Below are positions 19,006-29,047 of a stretch of DNA of 64,000 nucleotides, piece after piece. The notes below the pieces were generated by a model. That model was not told the origin of the DNA, ran no database searches, and worked only from the letters and a program-made list of their open reading frames with translations. The first letter of the stretch is position 1. The number at the start of each line of letters is the position of its first letter. A program made the translations under genes and the position numbers. Source of the stretch: a bacterium (GTDB taxonomy: Bacteria > SAR324 > NAC60-12); assembly GCA_965233585.1 (NCBI GenBank), contig CBDDTI010000745.1:544001-608000 (forward strand), given 5' to 3'.

Positions 19006-19893
19006 TTAGCTCTCATCCTTTAGATATGGATTTGCCCAGTTTCTGATTCTGTCAGAAATGACATTGATGCAAAGCACCAGCGCCACTAAGACTACACCGG
19101 GAAAAATGCTAATCCACCACTTACCCGAGAGTACATAGTCGTTACCATTGGCAATCAATAGACCCAATGATGGCTCTGTAATGGGAACACCAACCCCTAA
19201 GAAAGACAAGGTTGCCTCCGCACTGATGGCACCAGAGATAGACATGGGAATTAGCACCAAGACGGGGGAGATACTGTTGGGTAGCAGGAATCGTGTCATA
19301 ATATGGAATCTGGACATTCCTCCTAATTGGGCGGCATCCATATATTCCTTTTTAATTTCGCTGAGTGCCACCGAACGTACCAAACGTGCTTTTCCTGCCC
19401 ATGCTCCGATGATCAGGGCAATGATGACCTTATCTACCCCAGTGCCAAAAATAGAGAGTATCATTAAGGCTAACAGGACACCGGGAAAACTGATTTTTAA
19501 ATCTACTGCACGCATAACAACCGTTTCAACCCAGCCGCCATAGAATGCAGCACACAATCCCAAAATGACACCAATGATGGTTCCAAAAACCACCACCAAC
19601 AGGGCAACAAATAAACTGATACGGAGACCATACATCACGCTGGATAAAATATCTCGTCCCACGGAATCTGTCCCTAACCAAGCTGTTGTGCCATTCATTA
19701 ATTCCATACCGGGTTTTAACAAACCGTCTAGCACGTCTAATGACTTCAGGTCATAAGGGTTTTGTGGTGCAATCCATGGTGCCAATAGAGCAATAGCAAT
19801 AAAAGACACCAACCCCAACAAAGCTAGTTTTGCATGGGGGTAGCCGTCAAAAATGGCATGATAGAGTTTTAATGTGTTTTTTATCATTTGCAA
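19006..19893 (-). CDS. Peptide ABC permease (DppC-like)
   Basis: LGTD..GRD, EY..AA...G EAA loop, LSFLG.G. Confidence 0.92.
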   Translation of the reverse strand: MQMIKNTLKLYHAIFDGYPHAKLALLGLVSFIAIALLAPWIAPQNPYDLKSLDVLDGLLKPGMELMNGTTAWLGTDSVGRDILSSVMYGLRISLFVALLVVVFGTIIGVILGLCAAFYGGWVETVVMRAVDLKISFPGVLLALMILSIFGTGVDKVIIALIIGAWAGKARLVRSVALSEIKKEYMDAAQLGGMSRFHIMTRFLLPNSISPVLVLIPMSISGAISAEATLSFLGVGVPITEPSLGLLIANGNDYVLSGKWWISIFPGVVLVALVLCINVISDRIRNWANPYLKDES

Positions 19894-19900
19894 TATCCCT

Positions 19901-20866
19901 TTACGTATAACGAATACGTGGGTCTAATAGTGCGTATAAAATATCCACAACAAAGTTGATGGTGACGAACATAGCAGAAATCAAAATCAAGTAAGCAACC
20001 ACCACAGGGCGGTCGGATAAGTGGATGGAAGAGAGCAATAACTTACCAATCCCGGGCCATGAGAAAATGGTTTCTGTCACAGTGGCAAAAGCAATCAATC
20101 CTCCTAATTCCAGACCTGTAATGGTCACAATAGGGATTAAGATGTTGCGTAATAAATGGCGTCCTACAATACGTCTATGGCTGATGCCTTTGGCACGGGC
20201 AAAAGTCATATATTCTTGGAACATGACTTCTTGTGTGCCAGAAAGGGCTAGGCGGTATTGCAGACAAATTTTATAGATGGCTAGGTTGACCGCTGGTAAT
20301 ATCATGTATTTTAAGCCTCCCAACGACAGGAATGACCATTCAATACCCAGCCATTCAACCGTATTTTGACGACCCGATGTGGGTAGCCAATTAAGCCATA
20401 CACAGAACAGCATAATCAATAGCAATGCTTGCCAAAAATTAGGGGTGGAATAGCCCACTGTGGTCATAAAACTGATGCCTTTGGAGGTGTTGCTTTTGCG
20501 GTTTAGTCCTGAGTAAATCCCCATGGGAATGCCGATGGACAGTGCGATGATAATAGCAAAAACAGCAATCTCTAATGTGGCGGGAAGCCGTTCTAAAATC
20601 AAATCTGCCACAGGCTCGTCATAGACAAATGACGTCCCAAAGTCACCACGCAGAACATTACTTATGAAACGCAAGTACTGCATGTACAGGGGCTTGTCCA
20701 ATCCAAGCTCCTTTTCCAAGTGAATGCGGTCTTCATCTGTGAAGTCATCAGGGGCTAGAACAGCCACAGGGTCGCTGGCAACGTACATGCCCCCAAATGC
20801 AATCAAAGACATCAGGAACATTAAAATGACACTTTGTTTCAAGCGATTTGCAAAGTAAACCAGCAT
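19901..20866 (-). CDS. Peptide ABC permease (DppB-like)
   Basis: GLDKPL..QY, GDFGTS, ARAKG, ETIFSWPGIG, LDPRI. Confidence 0.92.
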   Translation of the reverse strand: MLVYFANRLKQSVILMFLMSLIAFGGMYVASDPVAVLAPDDFTDEDRIHLEKELGLDKPLYMQYLRFISNVLRGDFGTSFVYDEPVADLILERLPATLEIAVFAIIIALSIGIPMGIYSGLNRKSNTSKGISFMTTVGYSTPNFWQALLLIMLFCVWLNWLPTSGRQNTVEWLGIEWSFLSLGGLKYMILPAVNLAIYKICLQYRLALSGTQEVMFQEYMTFARAKGISHRRIVGRHLLRNILIPIVTITGLELGGLIAFATVTETIFSWPGIGKLLLSSIHLSDRPVVVAYLILISAMFVTINFVVDILYALLDPRIRYT

Positions 20867-20943
20867 GGCAAGAGCTTCCCTTTTGAGGTCAAAAGAAGGG
20901 GGAGAAAAATGAGGCTAACAGAAAACCATTAGCCCCCTACGAT

Positions 20944-22551
20944 TCAGGTGTTATTTTTTACAACATCTAGTGCTGTTGTGAAACCATCGGGACGAACATT
21001 AAATTGAATGCCGTCACGGTGCGCCCATGTGGAATGGATGTAATACAAGGGAATGCCCGGCATTTCCTTCATAATGGCTTTCATAGCATTGCGTCCGTAT
21101 TCATCGGCTTTCGTCTCGTCTGTTTCAACAGCCCACTTTGTCATCCATTTGTCAACTTCGGCACTGCTAAAGTTTGTGTATTTATTGTGAGCACCTAAGT
21201 TGAGACTTTTGTTGGCTGTTGGGAAGTTATAGATTACCATTTGAGTGAATCCTTGGGGGTGCGCCCAGCCGTATAGCCAGACTCCCAGTTTTCCAGACTT
21301 ACGTGATTTAGAAAAAACGCTCCAAGGTTCTGGTTTGACATTCACTTGAATACCAACACGTGACCAGTACTGTCCAATAACCTGTGCCAAACGGGTAATA
21401 TTGGGGTAACGGTCGGAGGGTAGGTATAAATCAACACTAAATCCGTCAGCATAACCAGCCTCTGACAAAAGTCTTTTGGCTTCATCTGCATCGTACTTGA
21501 GGGCGGGTAGTCCCGTTTCTGCACCTTGCATATATTCGGGGGCAAATTGCTTGGCAGCAGTAGCATTACCACCCAACAGACGGTTGACAATAGCGTCACG
21601 GTCAATAGCAAGGGACATCGCCTTACGTACGCGAAGGTCTTGAGTAGGATTCTTACCATTGGGAGCAGAAATACCATTCGCACCATCAGCCATGTTCATC
21701 AGGATAAACATAGACCGCCATGACGGAGTGACTGCTACATTGAAACCTTTTCTGCTTTTGATAGTTTCCATATCTTCTAGCGATGGACTAACCACTAGGT
21801 CATAATCGCCAGATAACAAGCCAGCCACTCTTGCACCTGTGTTGGTGACAGCAGAAATTTCTACATTTTCCCAAGATGCTTTTCCGCCCCAGTAATTATC
21901 ATTGCGGACGAGCTTACTTGTACCGTTTTTGGTAAAGGATACTAATTTGAACGGACCTGTACCAATGCCAGCCGCCGTGTATCCAGATTCTACGTCTTTG
22001 GTAGATGGATAGCCGCCAATCCCACAGTCGCCCTTAGTGTCAAACTTAATGGTTTCAGGAACATCTGTACCTAAACTAGTACTAAACATGTACATGTATT
22101 TTAGTTTTTGGAAAAGTAGAGGGTAAGGTTCAACAGTCTCAAAGGCAACCTTGTACTGACCGACAGCTTCCACGTTTGTCACAGGGGACATGGAGCTGGT
22201 AATAACATTGTTTTTGCCGTTAACTTTGAACATCATACGGCAGGAACTGTAAACCACGTCACGTGCAGTAAAATCAGCTCCATTGTGGAATTTAACTCCT
22301 TTACGAAGGTCAACTTCTAAACGTGTAGGGGTGACCCATGTGAATTTTGTCCCCAATAGCAAGTCACCTTTACGGGAAACTAAACCCTCATATACATGAG
22401 AGTTCAGTGAGCCTGTTGGGGTTGACCCGCTACGATAGGGGTCTGCACTTACTGGAGCAGCATCATAGGCAATGCGCAAGGTATCCGCCTGTGCGACACC
22501 TGCGGCTAGGGCAACGGACGTTGCAGTGGTGAGTAGTAACGATTTCTTCAT
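20944..22551 (-). CDS. Family 5 solute-binding protein
   Basis: Signal peptide; LRKGVKFHNG..FTA.DV, GTGPFKL, D.RVRKA...AIDR. Confidence 0.92.
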   Translation of the reverse strand: MKKSLLLTTATSVALAAGVAQADTLRIAYDAAPVSADPYRSGSTPTGSLNSHVYEGLVSRKGDLLLGTKFTWVTPTRLEVDLRKGVKFHNGADFTARDVVYSSCRMMFKVNGKNNVITSSMSPVTNVEAVGQYKVAFETVEPYPLLFQKLKYMYMFSTSLGTDVPETIKFDTKGDCGIGGYPSTKDVESGYTAAGIGTGPFKLVSFTKNGTSKLVRNDNYWGGKASWENVEISAVTNTGARVAGLLSGDYDLVVSPSLEDMETIKSRKGFNVAVTPSWRSMFILMNMADGANGISAPNGKNPTQDLRVRKAMSLAIDRDAIVNRLLGGNATAAKQFAPEYMQGAETGLPALKYDADEAKRLLSEAGYADGFSVDLYLPSDRYPNITRLAQVIGQYWSRVGIQVNVKPEPWSVFSKSRKSGKLGVWLYGWAHPQGFTQMVIYNFPTANKSLNLGAHNKYTNFSSAEVDKWMTKWAVETDETKADEYGRNAMKAIMKEMPGIPLYYIHSTWAHRDGIQFNVRPDGFTTALDVVKNNT

Positions 22552-22583
22552 GTGTATTCTCCTTATATGTTAGGTTATTACTT

Positions 22584-23444
22584 TCAGTTTAAGTGGATTA
22601 AATAGGCATTATACTGTACTAAAACATCACAGCAATCGCTCTGTAATTTTTCAAAATTAGCATTGCGTTTGCGAGTGTCTTCGTCCATGTACAAATCCCG
22701 TCTAAATTCAATTTGTAGAGCGTGTTGATGACATTCAGGCCAGCCGTAACGTTGGGTGACTTCACCACCAGCAAATCGTTCGTTAACGCCCACATAGTAC
22801 CCTCGTTCTTCAAATGATTCTTTCAGGAATTGCATGACCCTGTCATCACAGGACGTACCGCCCCTTGTCCCAATGTCAATTTGGGGGCGTTCCTTGCCAT
22901 CAGTAACGTTGTGCTGCAACATGGAATGGCAATCCAACAGATAGACCACACCGTACTTTTGTCGCGTTTGTTCCACAATGCTGGTTAACGTCTGGTGATA
23001 AGGGATATAACAAGATGCAATGCGTCCGCGTATTTCAGCATTGGATAACTTACGGTTGTAGGTATCCACACCGTAAATATCTTTCCATATCATGGTGGAA
23101 TCGGTGGTGCGTGAAATTTCAACGCTCCATGTTTCGGGAGACTCCATCATTTCTGTTGCCAAATCGTATTGACGTCGGTTGACATCTAAATAGACACGGG
23201 GAAATTCTGCCTTGACTGTAGGGATATTTAAATCTGCAAATACTTTGAACAATTCATGCACATAGCGGTCAGCAGGGCGGTCGTATTGCTCATAAAGAAA
23301 TGTAGGATTAGGTTTGAAATCATCAGGATAAATCTCACCGCTGTGGGGAATTGACAGAACCAAAGGCGTGGCTAGGTCATCTGTGCAATAGGTCGTCACA
23401 GATGGGTATTGCTTGGTGTCTCGGGTTATGGTGTCCAAAATCAT
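22584..23444 (-). CDS. N-formylglutamate amidohydrolase family protein
   Basis: SIPHSG, R.YLDVNR, PYH, LLDCHSM, IGTR.G.SC, HALQIE.RR.LY. Confidence 0.88.
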   Translation of the reverse strand: MILDTITRDTKQYPSVTTYCTDDLATPLVLSIPHSGEIYPDDFKPNPTFLYEQYDRPADRYVHELFKVFADLNIPTVKAEFPRVYLDVNRRQYDLATEMMESPETWSVEISRTTDSTMIWKDIYGVDTYNRKLSNAEIRGRIASCYIPYHQTLTSIVEQTRQKYGVVYLLDCHSMLQHNVTDGKERPQIDIGTRGGTSCDDRVMQFLKESFEERGYYVGVNERFAGGEVTQRYGWPECHQHALQIEFRRDLYMDEDTRKRNANFEKLQSDCCDVLVQYNAYLIHLN

Positions 23445-23565
23445 ATATCTAAAGCCACTATTTACTCTCTCAATTGTTTATCGGGGTTAATGTAGCACAG
23501 AAAAACACAAAATACAACCCCATCAAAAAAAATTTATTGCGGTGTTGTGGTTTTTTTGCAAGACC

Positions 23566-23594
23566 TTGACATTTCCTTCCTTATCTTATAGAAT
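23566..23594 (+). promoter_or_regulatory. sigma70-like promoter for the GATase gene
   Basis: TTGACA(23566)-17-TAGAAT(23589). Confidence 0.65.
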
Positions 23595-23652
23595 ACTGTG
23601 TCTCGTTAATTCTTGACTCTTTATAATGACCTCAAAAAACAGGATTTTAGCC

Positions 23653-24375
23653 ATGAAAATTTGTATTATTCATATCAACGCCTCCCCTAACCCCAGCCCT
23701 GACATTGAAACTCCTCCCCAGAGGTTTATGCGTCATATTACTCCCTACATGGCTTTGGACGTGGATTGGGGAGTTGTCCGTTTGATGGATGATGACTACC
23801 CTGCGGATATTCATGACTATGATGGCTATTTAATTACAGGGGGCGCTGCTCCTTTGGTTGATGAGCCTCATACTCCAAAGGTTGTTGCTTTATTGGATTT
23901 TATTCGTCAATTGAATGAGGCAAAAATCCCCCTAGTGGGTATTTGTTGGGGACATCAAGGTATTGCTATTGCGTTAGGAGGTAAGGTTGAGAAGTTTGAA
24001 AAATACGGCATGGGCATTCGGGGAACCCATGTTATTAAAAAATATGATTGGATGAAGCAAGCCCCTGATTTTGTCTATCTATATTCCATGCACACCTGTC
24101 AAGTGACTATTCCACCTAAAGATGCAGAATTGTTCCTAAGCAGTGATTTTTGTCATTATGCAGGGTTCACCTATGGCAATCATATTATGACCATACAACA
24201 GCACCCTGACTTCAACCTCAATGTAAGTCTGGCGATGATGGACAAAAGACGAGAAAGATTAACAGCTGAACAGCTAGCCATCGCCGAAAAATCACTCAGC
24301 CAGTCTCACCATACGGAAATTGCTTGTCAGTGGGTTGGACAATTCTTTATGCAGCACAAAAAAGTTGCGTCTTGA
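23653..24375 (+). CDS. Class I glutamine amidotransferase-like (gamma-glutamyl hydrolase-like)
   Basis: DGYLITG, GICWGHQ nucleophile elbow, Q.HPD (Asp where HPE is usual). Confidence 0.85.
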   Translation: MKICIIHINASPNPSPDIETPPQRFMRHITPYMALDVDWGVVRLMDDDYPADIHDYDGYLITGGAAPLVDEPHTPKVVALLDFIRQLNEAKIPLVGICWGHQGIAIALGGKVEKFEKYGMGIRGTHVIKKYDWMKQAPDFVYLYSMHTCQVTIPPKDAELFLSSDFCHYAGFTYGNHIMTIQQHPDFNLNVSLAMMDKRRERLTAEQLAIAEKSLSQSHHTEIACQWVGQFFMQHKKVAS

Positions 24376-24397
24376 CCTTCTAAGTCTCTGAAAAGCC

Positions 24398-24855
24398 CTA
24401 GCTCCAACGTTTAAACCAATCTTGAAGGCTTAGCTTAGCTTCTTGTTCACATACTCCTACTGTGACGTCAATTCCTGCATTTTTGAGTATTTTGACTCCG
24501 TTACCTTTGATTTTTGGGTGGGGGTCAAGTATGGCAATGACGATACGTTGGGGCTTGACCTGAATGATCGCTTGTGTGCAAGGTGGGGTTCTGCCAAAAA
24601 ACAACAAGGTTCTAGCGTGCAGTAAAAAACAGACCCTTGCAAGCAGTGATGATAAGAGTGTGCGTTTTCAATAGCATGCACCTCTGCATGAGCCTTACCG
24701 GGTGGCTGTGTTGCACCAGAAGCAATCAGAGTGTTGTCTTTGACAATGACACAACCCACATGAGGATTCTCTCCTGTTTGACCTTTGACGCTTTCACCCT
24801 GTTTCAAGGCTTGGTGCATCCATTGTTCATCGGTTTGCTTATCGGTTAGTCTCAA
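24398..24855 (-). pseudogene. ribD: RibD-type deaminase domain only, split by a frameshift at a T6 run
   Basis: NP.VGCVIV, HAE and TLEPC in one frame; GRTPPC, DP.P...G.G...L..AGI.V in another. Break at the A6 run 24596-24601; one extra base restores a single ORF. Confidence 0.8.
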
Positions 24856-27166
24856 GCAACTCATGGGGCAAGAGAGGTGAGACAGGCTCTTTGTCTGCCA
24901 CCAGCCAAAGCTGATGAGCCGCACGCGTGATGCCCACATGCAACAGGCGTCTTGCTGTCAAAGTATCGGGAAAGGTAGCAGCATCGCAGTTTGCTAAAAT
25001 GACATAATCAAACTCAAGCCCTTTGGTTTGGTGAATCTCTGAAATCTCTACACCTGCAGAAAATGAAAACTCTTGGTCTCTAATCCGTGAGATGTTGTTG
25101 ACTTCTGCATGAAGGAGTCCGTCATAAATGACGTCTGCTTGGTCAGAAAATCTTGTGAGAATGGCAAGGTTAGAATGGGGACGTTTCCTTAAAAATTGGG
25201 TCACGGCACGGGCGAGGAAGTCTATCATTTCTCCAGTAGAATGAAAAGACAAAAACTCCACAGGATCACCCCGCCTGACAGCCTTCCATTTTTGATTGAC
25301 AGAATGAGGTCCCAGCACTTTTTTAGAGACATTGATGATTTGCTCAGTAGAACGATACCCAATTTCTAATGCTTCCGTAGAGACATTGGTCATGCCTAAA
25401 AACTTATGCAATGTCTGACGCTCCTTGATAGAAGAGCCAAAAACAATTTGCTGGTCAAAATCCCCTGCCAACGTGATGCTTTGTTCTTTTTGAGAAATGA
25501 CAGAAAACAGCAATTTGAGTTCCAATGCACTGAAATCTTGTACTTCATCAACAGTCAAATGAGAAAAGACCATTGGCTTTTTGTTCTTGCCCAAGATTTT
25601 GCCTATGGTCATTTGGTAGAGGAGCAGTAGCAATGTGGCATCTTCTTCATCAAGTTCAGCAGGCTGGCTTATGATATTTTTTTTGATCTCTTCCTCCCAA
25701 GTGGAATCTTCAACTTCTTGAGTTTCTTGCCTCAGTTGATAGAGAGAGGTGTGTCTGCTCCATGTTTGTTCAATCTTGCTGTCTGAAAAATGGTCAGGTG
25801 CATGACGATTCAAAATCGCTTTTAAATTGTCTTGGTAAAGAAAGCAATCGTCCCATACCATGATGGCAAAAGCTCTTTTATCATCAAGAATGCCGGGGAA
25901 TTCATTTTCTACCAACGTTGGAATCCTTTGCCTCAACCAATCATTTTGGCAAGGTGCAACCCGATAAATTTTCTCTTGGTCAAGAGACCACATAGAAAAT
26001 TTGACAAGTCTTGTAGCAATGGGTTCTGTCTCTAACTTCTTCCAGACGTTCCATGCTCGCTTTTTGTCAGACTCTGCCAGACTTTCAAGCACTTTTTCAA
26101 GGCATGTTTCAAAGTGAGCAGTTTGTTTGACAATGGACTCTTCAAATGCTTTGACCCATAATTCATGCCGCTTGATCTCAACTGCAGCAAGAGGTGTATC
26201 TTCTGCAAATGTTTGTGGAATTTTAGGAAAGCATCGCAGAAGGATTTTTTGAATCCATTCTGTGTAAATCCAGATTTGGACATCTTGGACACCAATGTTG
26301 GGTAATAATCGCGCAATGTACCTTTGAATCGCTTTGTTGAAAACAAAGACAGCAATTTTTTTGGGCTGAAACCTCTCGGGGTTTTGGGCAATCAGGTAGG
26401 CGATTCGGTGCAATGCGATCGTTGTTTTTCCTGAACCTGCACCTCCTTGCAATTCTACAACGCCAGAACTTGGTCGTGTCATGGCGTCAAATTGTTTGGT
26501 GTCTATGAGTGCCGTAATTTCAGGCAGATACTTCTCAGTGCTAACTTTTTGTTCGTTAGGACGTGTGGTAAAGTTGAGTCCGTGATTTTTGACAGAGAGT
26601 CTCCAGACTCCATTTTCTTTGACGAGAGTGTGAGACTCCAGTTGAATAGACGCAAGTTCACCACCTTTGATACGCAACGTTCTTTTTAGGGTGAGCAAAC
26701 CCTCCATCACTCTGTCCCCAATTCGTTCACTAAATTCGTCATCTTCACAATAACGGTAAAAAAGCATGCTGATTGGTGCTTTTTTCCAATCCACAATCAC
26801 GCATGGCAAGTCAGGAGAAATCATAGATGCTGTGCCTATCAAAATCTCACGTTCTGTGCTGTTCTCTTCCTCAATTTTGATGTGTCCAAAGTAAGGAGAG
26901 TTTGGGTTAATCTTGTTGGCTTTTTGTTCTTCTTGTTTTTTTTGTAGTACCAAAAGACGTTCCATAGATGCTGTGAGCATAGGGGCGTCTTCTTCTTTGC
27001 TTTCAGCAATTAGTTGACGAAGTTCAAGAATGTCTTGGTAGTAGTCAGTTTGGTTAAGTAGTTCTGAGTTTTCTTTTGCTAAAACGGATTGGACTTTTTG
27101 AAGAAGTTCTACTTCTTCTTGAATGATGGTTTGGTCTGAACGAGAAAGAGAAGGGTCAAAGTTCAT
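24839..27166 (-). CDS. HelD-like superfamily-1 ATPase (RNA polymerase recycling factor-like)
   Basis: PYFG, DW.KAPIS.LFY, QG.AGSGKTTIALHRIAYL, DEVQD, GD.DQ, YRST, KGLEFD, TRA.H.L. Confidence 0.8.
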   Translation of the reverse strand: MNFDPSLSRSDQTIIQEEVELLQKVQSVLAKENSELLNQTDYYQDILELRQLIAESKEEDAPMLTASMERLLVLQKKQEEQKANKINPNSPYFGHIKIEEENSTEREILIGTASMISPDLPCVIVDWKKAPISMLFYRYCEDDEFSERIGDRVMEGLLTLKRTLRIKGGELASIQLESHTLVKENGVWRLSVKNHGLNFTTRPNEQKVSTEKYLPEITALIDTKQFDAMTRPSSGVVELQGGAGSGKTTIALHRIAYLIAQNPERFQPKKIAVFVFNKAIQRYIARLLPNIGVQDVQIWIYTEWIQKILLRCFPKIPQTFAEDTPLAAVEIKRHELWVKAFEESIVKQTAHFETCLEKVLESLAESDKKRAWNVWKKLETEPIATRLVKFSMWSLDQEKIYRVAPCQNDWLRQRIPTLVENEFPGILDDKRAFAIMVWDDCFLYQDNLKAILNRHAPDHFSDSKIEQTWSRHTSLYQLRQETQEVEDSTWEEEIKKNIISQPAELDEEDATLLLLLYQMTIGKILGKNKKPMVFSHLTVDEVQDFSALELKLLFSVISQKEQSITLAGDFDQQIVFGSSIKERQTLHKFLGMTNVSTEALEIGYRSTEQIINVSKKVLGPHSVNQKWKAVRRGDPVEFLSFHSTGEMIDFLARAVTQFLRKRPHSNLAILTRFSDQADVIYDGLLHAEVNNISRIRDQEFSFSAGVEISEIHQTKGLEFDYVILANCDAATFPDTLTARRLLHVGITRAAHQLWLVADKEPVSPLLPHELLETNR

Positions 27167-27254
27167 AGTGTCAAGAGATCAACTGTTGTGGTGTTTGGTC
27201 TAGTCCTAAAAATAAAACAAGGTATCATAACACAAGAAGAAGGATTGATAAATC

Positions 27255-27884
27255 CTAAAAACTTGGATTTTGCAACCAATCTTGAAGATAGGTATTTTTG
27301 ACGGGGCATGGCTGATGGTTTTGAATGAGCAGTGCTTGGGATTCAAACACAGTGAAGATGGGATTGAGTCCGTGTTCTTTTAATGTGGAGCCTGTTTGGA
27401 CTAAGTCACAGATAGCATCTGCCAATCCTAATTCTGGGGCAATTTCAACAGAGCCATTGATGGTGATGATGGAACAAGGGATTTGGTGTTTGCATAAAAA
27501 TTGTTTTAAGCTGTGGGGGTATGAAGTGGCAATGCGTTCCCCCTCCAAGTCTTCAATGCTTTGGATTTGAGAGTGATGGGGTACTGCAATTTTTAAGGCA
27601 CATTTGGCAAATCCCAATTTAGCACAGATGTCTACGTTGATGTTTTTTTCAAACAGCTCATTTTGCCCTACGATTCCAAAGTGAGCTACACCATAGCGAA
27701 CATATTGCACAATGTCAGAATGCCTCACATGCAATAACTCTATATTGGGATTTTGGGTTTGCCGCAACAGCTTCCGATTTGATGGTTCTGATGGCACAAT
27801 CTGTTGTTTGGCAAGCCATGCGAGACTTTCTTCATTCAAACGACCGCTTTTTTGAATGGCAATGCAAATTTTATGAGGTCTCAT
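27255..27884 (-). CDS. hisG: ATP phosphoribosyltransferase, short form
   Basis: IAIQKSGRL, RIATSYP, GSVEIAP..GLADAICDLVQTGSTL; 209 aa, no C-terminal regulatory domain. Confidence 0.92.
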   Translation of the reverse strand: MRPHKICIAIQKSGRLNEESLAWLAKQQIVPSEPSNRKLLRQTQNPNIELLHVRHSDIVQYVRYGVAHFGIVGQNELFEKNINVDICAKLGFAKCALKIAVPHHSQIQSIEDLEGERIATSYPHSLKQFLCKHQIPCSIITINGSVEIAPELGLADAICDLVQTGSTLKEHGLNPIFTVFESQALLIQNHQPCPVKNTYLQDWLQNPSF

Positions 27885-29028
27885 AAAACCCTAAAAAATA
27901 AGCACTGACTTGATGAATGAGCAACCTTTTTTGTTTGCCAGTAGAAACTCTGACCACACAAACCTCATTTTGAGATGAGTCTTGAAAGGCTAAAAATGGA
28001 ATTTGCTTGACCCTTGCGTACGACAGTTGTTCTTCAAGCGATTTGGAATCAAAAAATAACTCTGTTTGCACTTTTTCTTCTTGCAGTAAACGGTACAATT
28101 TTAACGACTCGGATTCTCCAGTGTTAGCATGCCATGTTACCAGCACCTGGGGTGCAAACTTGGAAAGGGGCATGTCTTGTTGCTCTAACAAATTCATGAT
28201 GGTATCAAGGTGAAACGTCATGCCAACGCCAGAATGCGATTGACTGCTAGCAGTCTGGCAAAGATGGTCATAACGACCTCCCTCACAAAGTGTGCTTTGA
28301 TTCTCCAAAACTTCAAAAATTAACCCTGAATAATAGTGCCAGCCACTTCTTGTGAGAGAAGGCACAAATTTTAGCCTTTCTTCAGAGACCCCTAGTATTT
28401 CACAAAAATTTAAGAGCTGTTCAACAGGCGTCGTGTCAAATGATTTTAATTTAGCCAGTGTCTCTTTGTTTGTTGACTCTGGCTTTAAAATCTCTTGAGG
28501 TGAGGCAAGATTTAATGATGTGTTGATTTGTTTGAGTAGTGGCAGAAAATTGAATCGGATTTGAAACTCTGAAACCCCCATTTGTTCTAAAGTGATTGTC
28601 AGTAGTTTTAAAACTTCAGATTCGCATAAAAGACTTGTGGATCCAATGACATCAACGTCGCAGTGGTGAAGTTCATTGATGAGGTCAGGGTTTCTGGGAT
28701 TCTGCCTCCAAATCCTTTGAATTTGGTATCTTCTAAAAGGGAAGGTCAGTTTTTCAGAATGCAATGCAACATAACGAGCCAGCGGCAAGGTGAGGTCGTA
28801 AGGCATGACAACTTGGCGGTTTGATGAATCTGTCAGAATGTAAGCAAATTCTTCATTACCACCTTGACCAAGTAGGGTTTCTGCAAGATAAAGCGTTGGG
28901 GTTTCCATAGGCAAATAACCTGCACCCTCAAAAATGGCTTTGGCTCTGTCCAGTGCAGCACTGCGAAGGCTCATCTGTTCAGGCAAGAGACCATCTTGCC
29001 CAAGCAGTTGTGAAACATGTGAGTCCAT
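27871..29028 (-). CDS. hisZ: HisZ-like ATP-PRT regulatory subunit / degenerate HisS paralogue
   Basis: ETP, YDLT.PLARY, RYQI..IWR, D.DVIG, YYSG..FE, GGRYD; motif 2 degenerate; overlaps hisG by 14 bp. Confidence 0.7.
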   Translation of the reverse strand: MDSHVSQLLGQDGLLPEQMSLRSAALDRAKAIFEGAGYLPMETPTLYLAETLLGQGGNEEFAYILTDSSNRQVVMPYDLTLPLARYVALHSEKLTFPFRRYQIQRIWRQNPRNPDLINELHHCDVDVIGSTSLLCESEVLKLLTITLEQMGVSEFQIRFNFLPLLKQINTSLNLASPQEILKPESTNKETLAKLKSFDTTPVEQLLNFCEILGVSEERLKFVPSLTRSGWHYYSGLIFEVLENQSTLCEGGRYDHLCQTASSQSHSGVGMTFHLDTIMNLLEQQDMPLSKFAPQVLVTWHANTGESESLKLYRLLQEEKVQTELFFDSKSLEEQLSYARVKQIPFLAFQDSSQNEVCVVRVSTGKQKRLLIHQVSAYFLGFYETS

Positions 29029-29047
29029 TGGTGATGGCTTCTGAATC

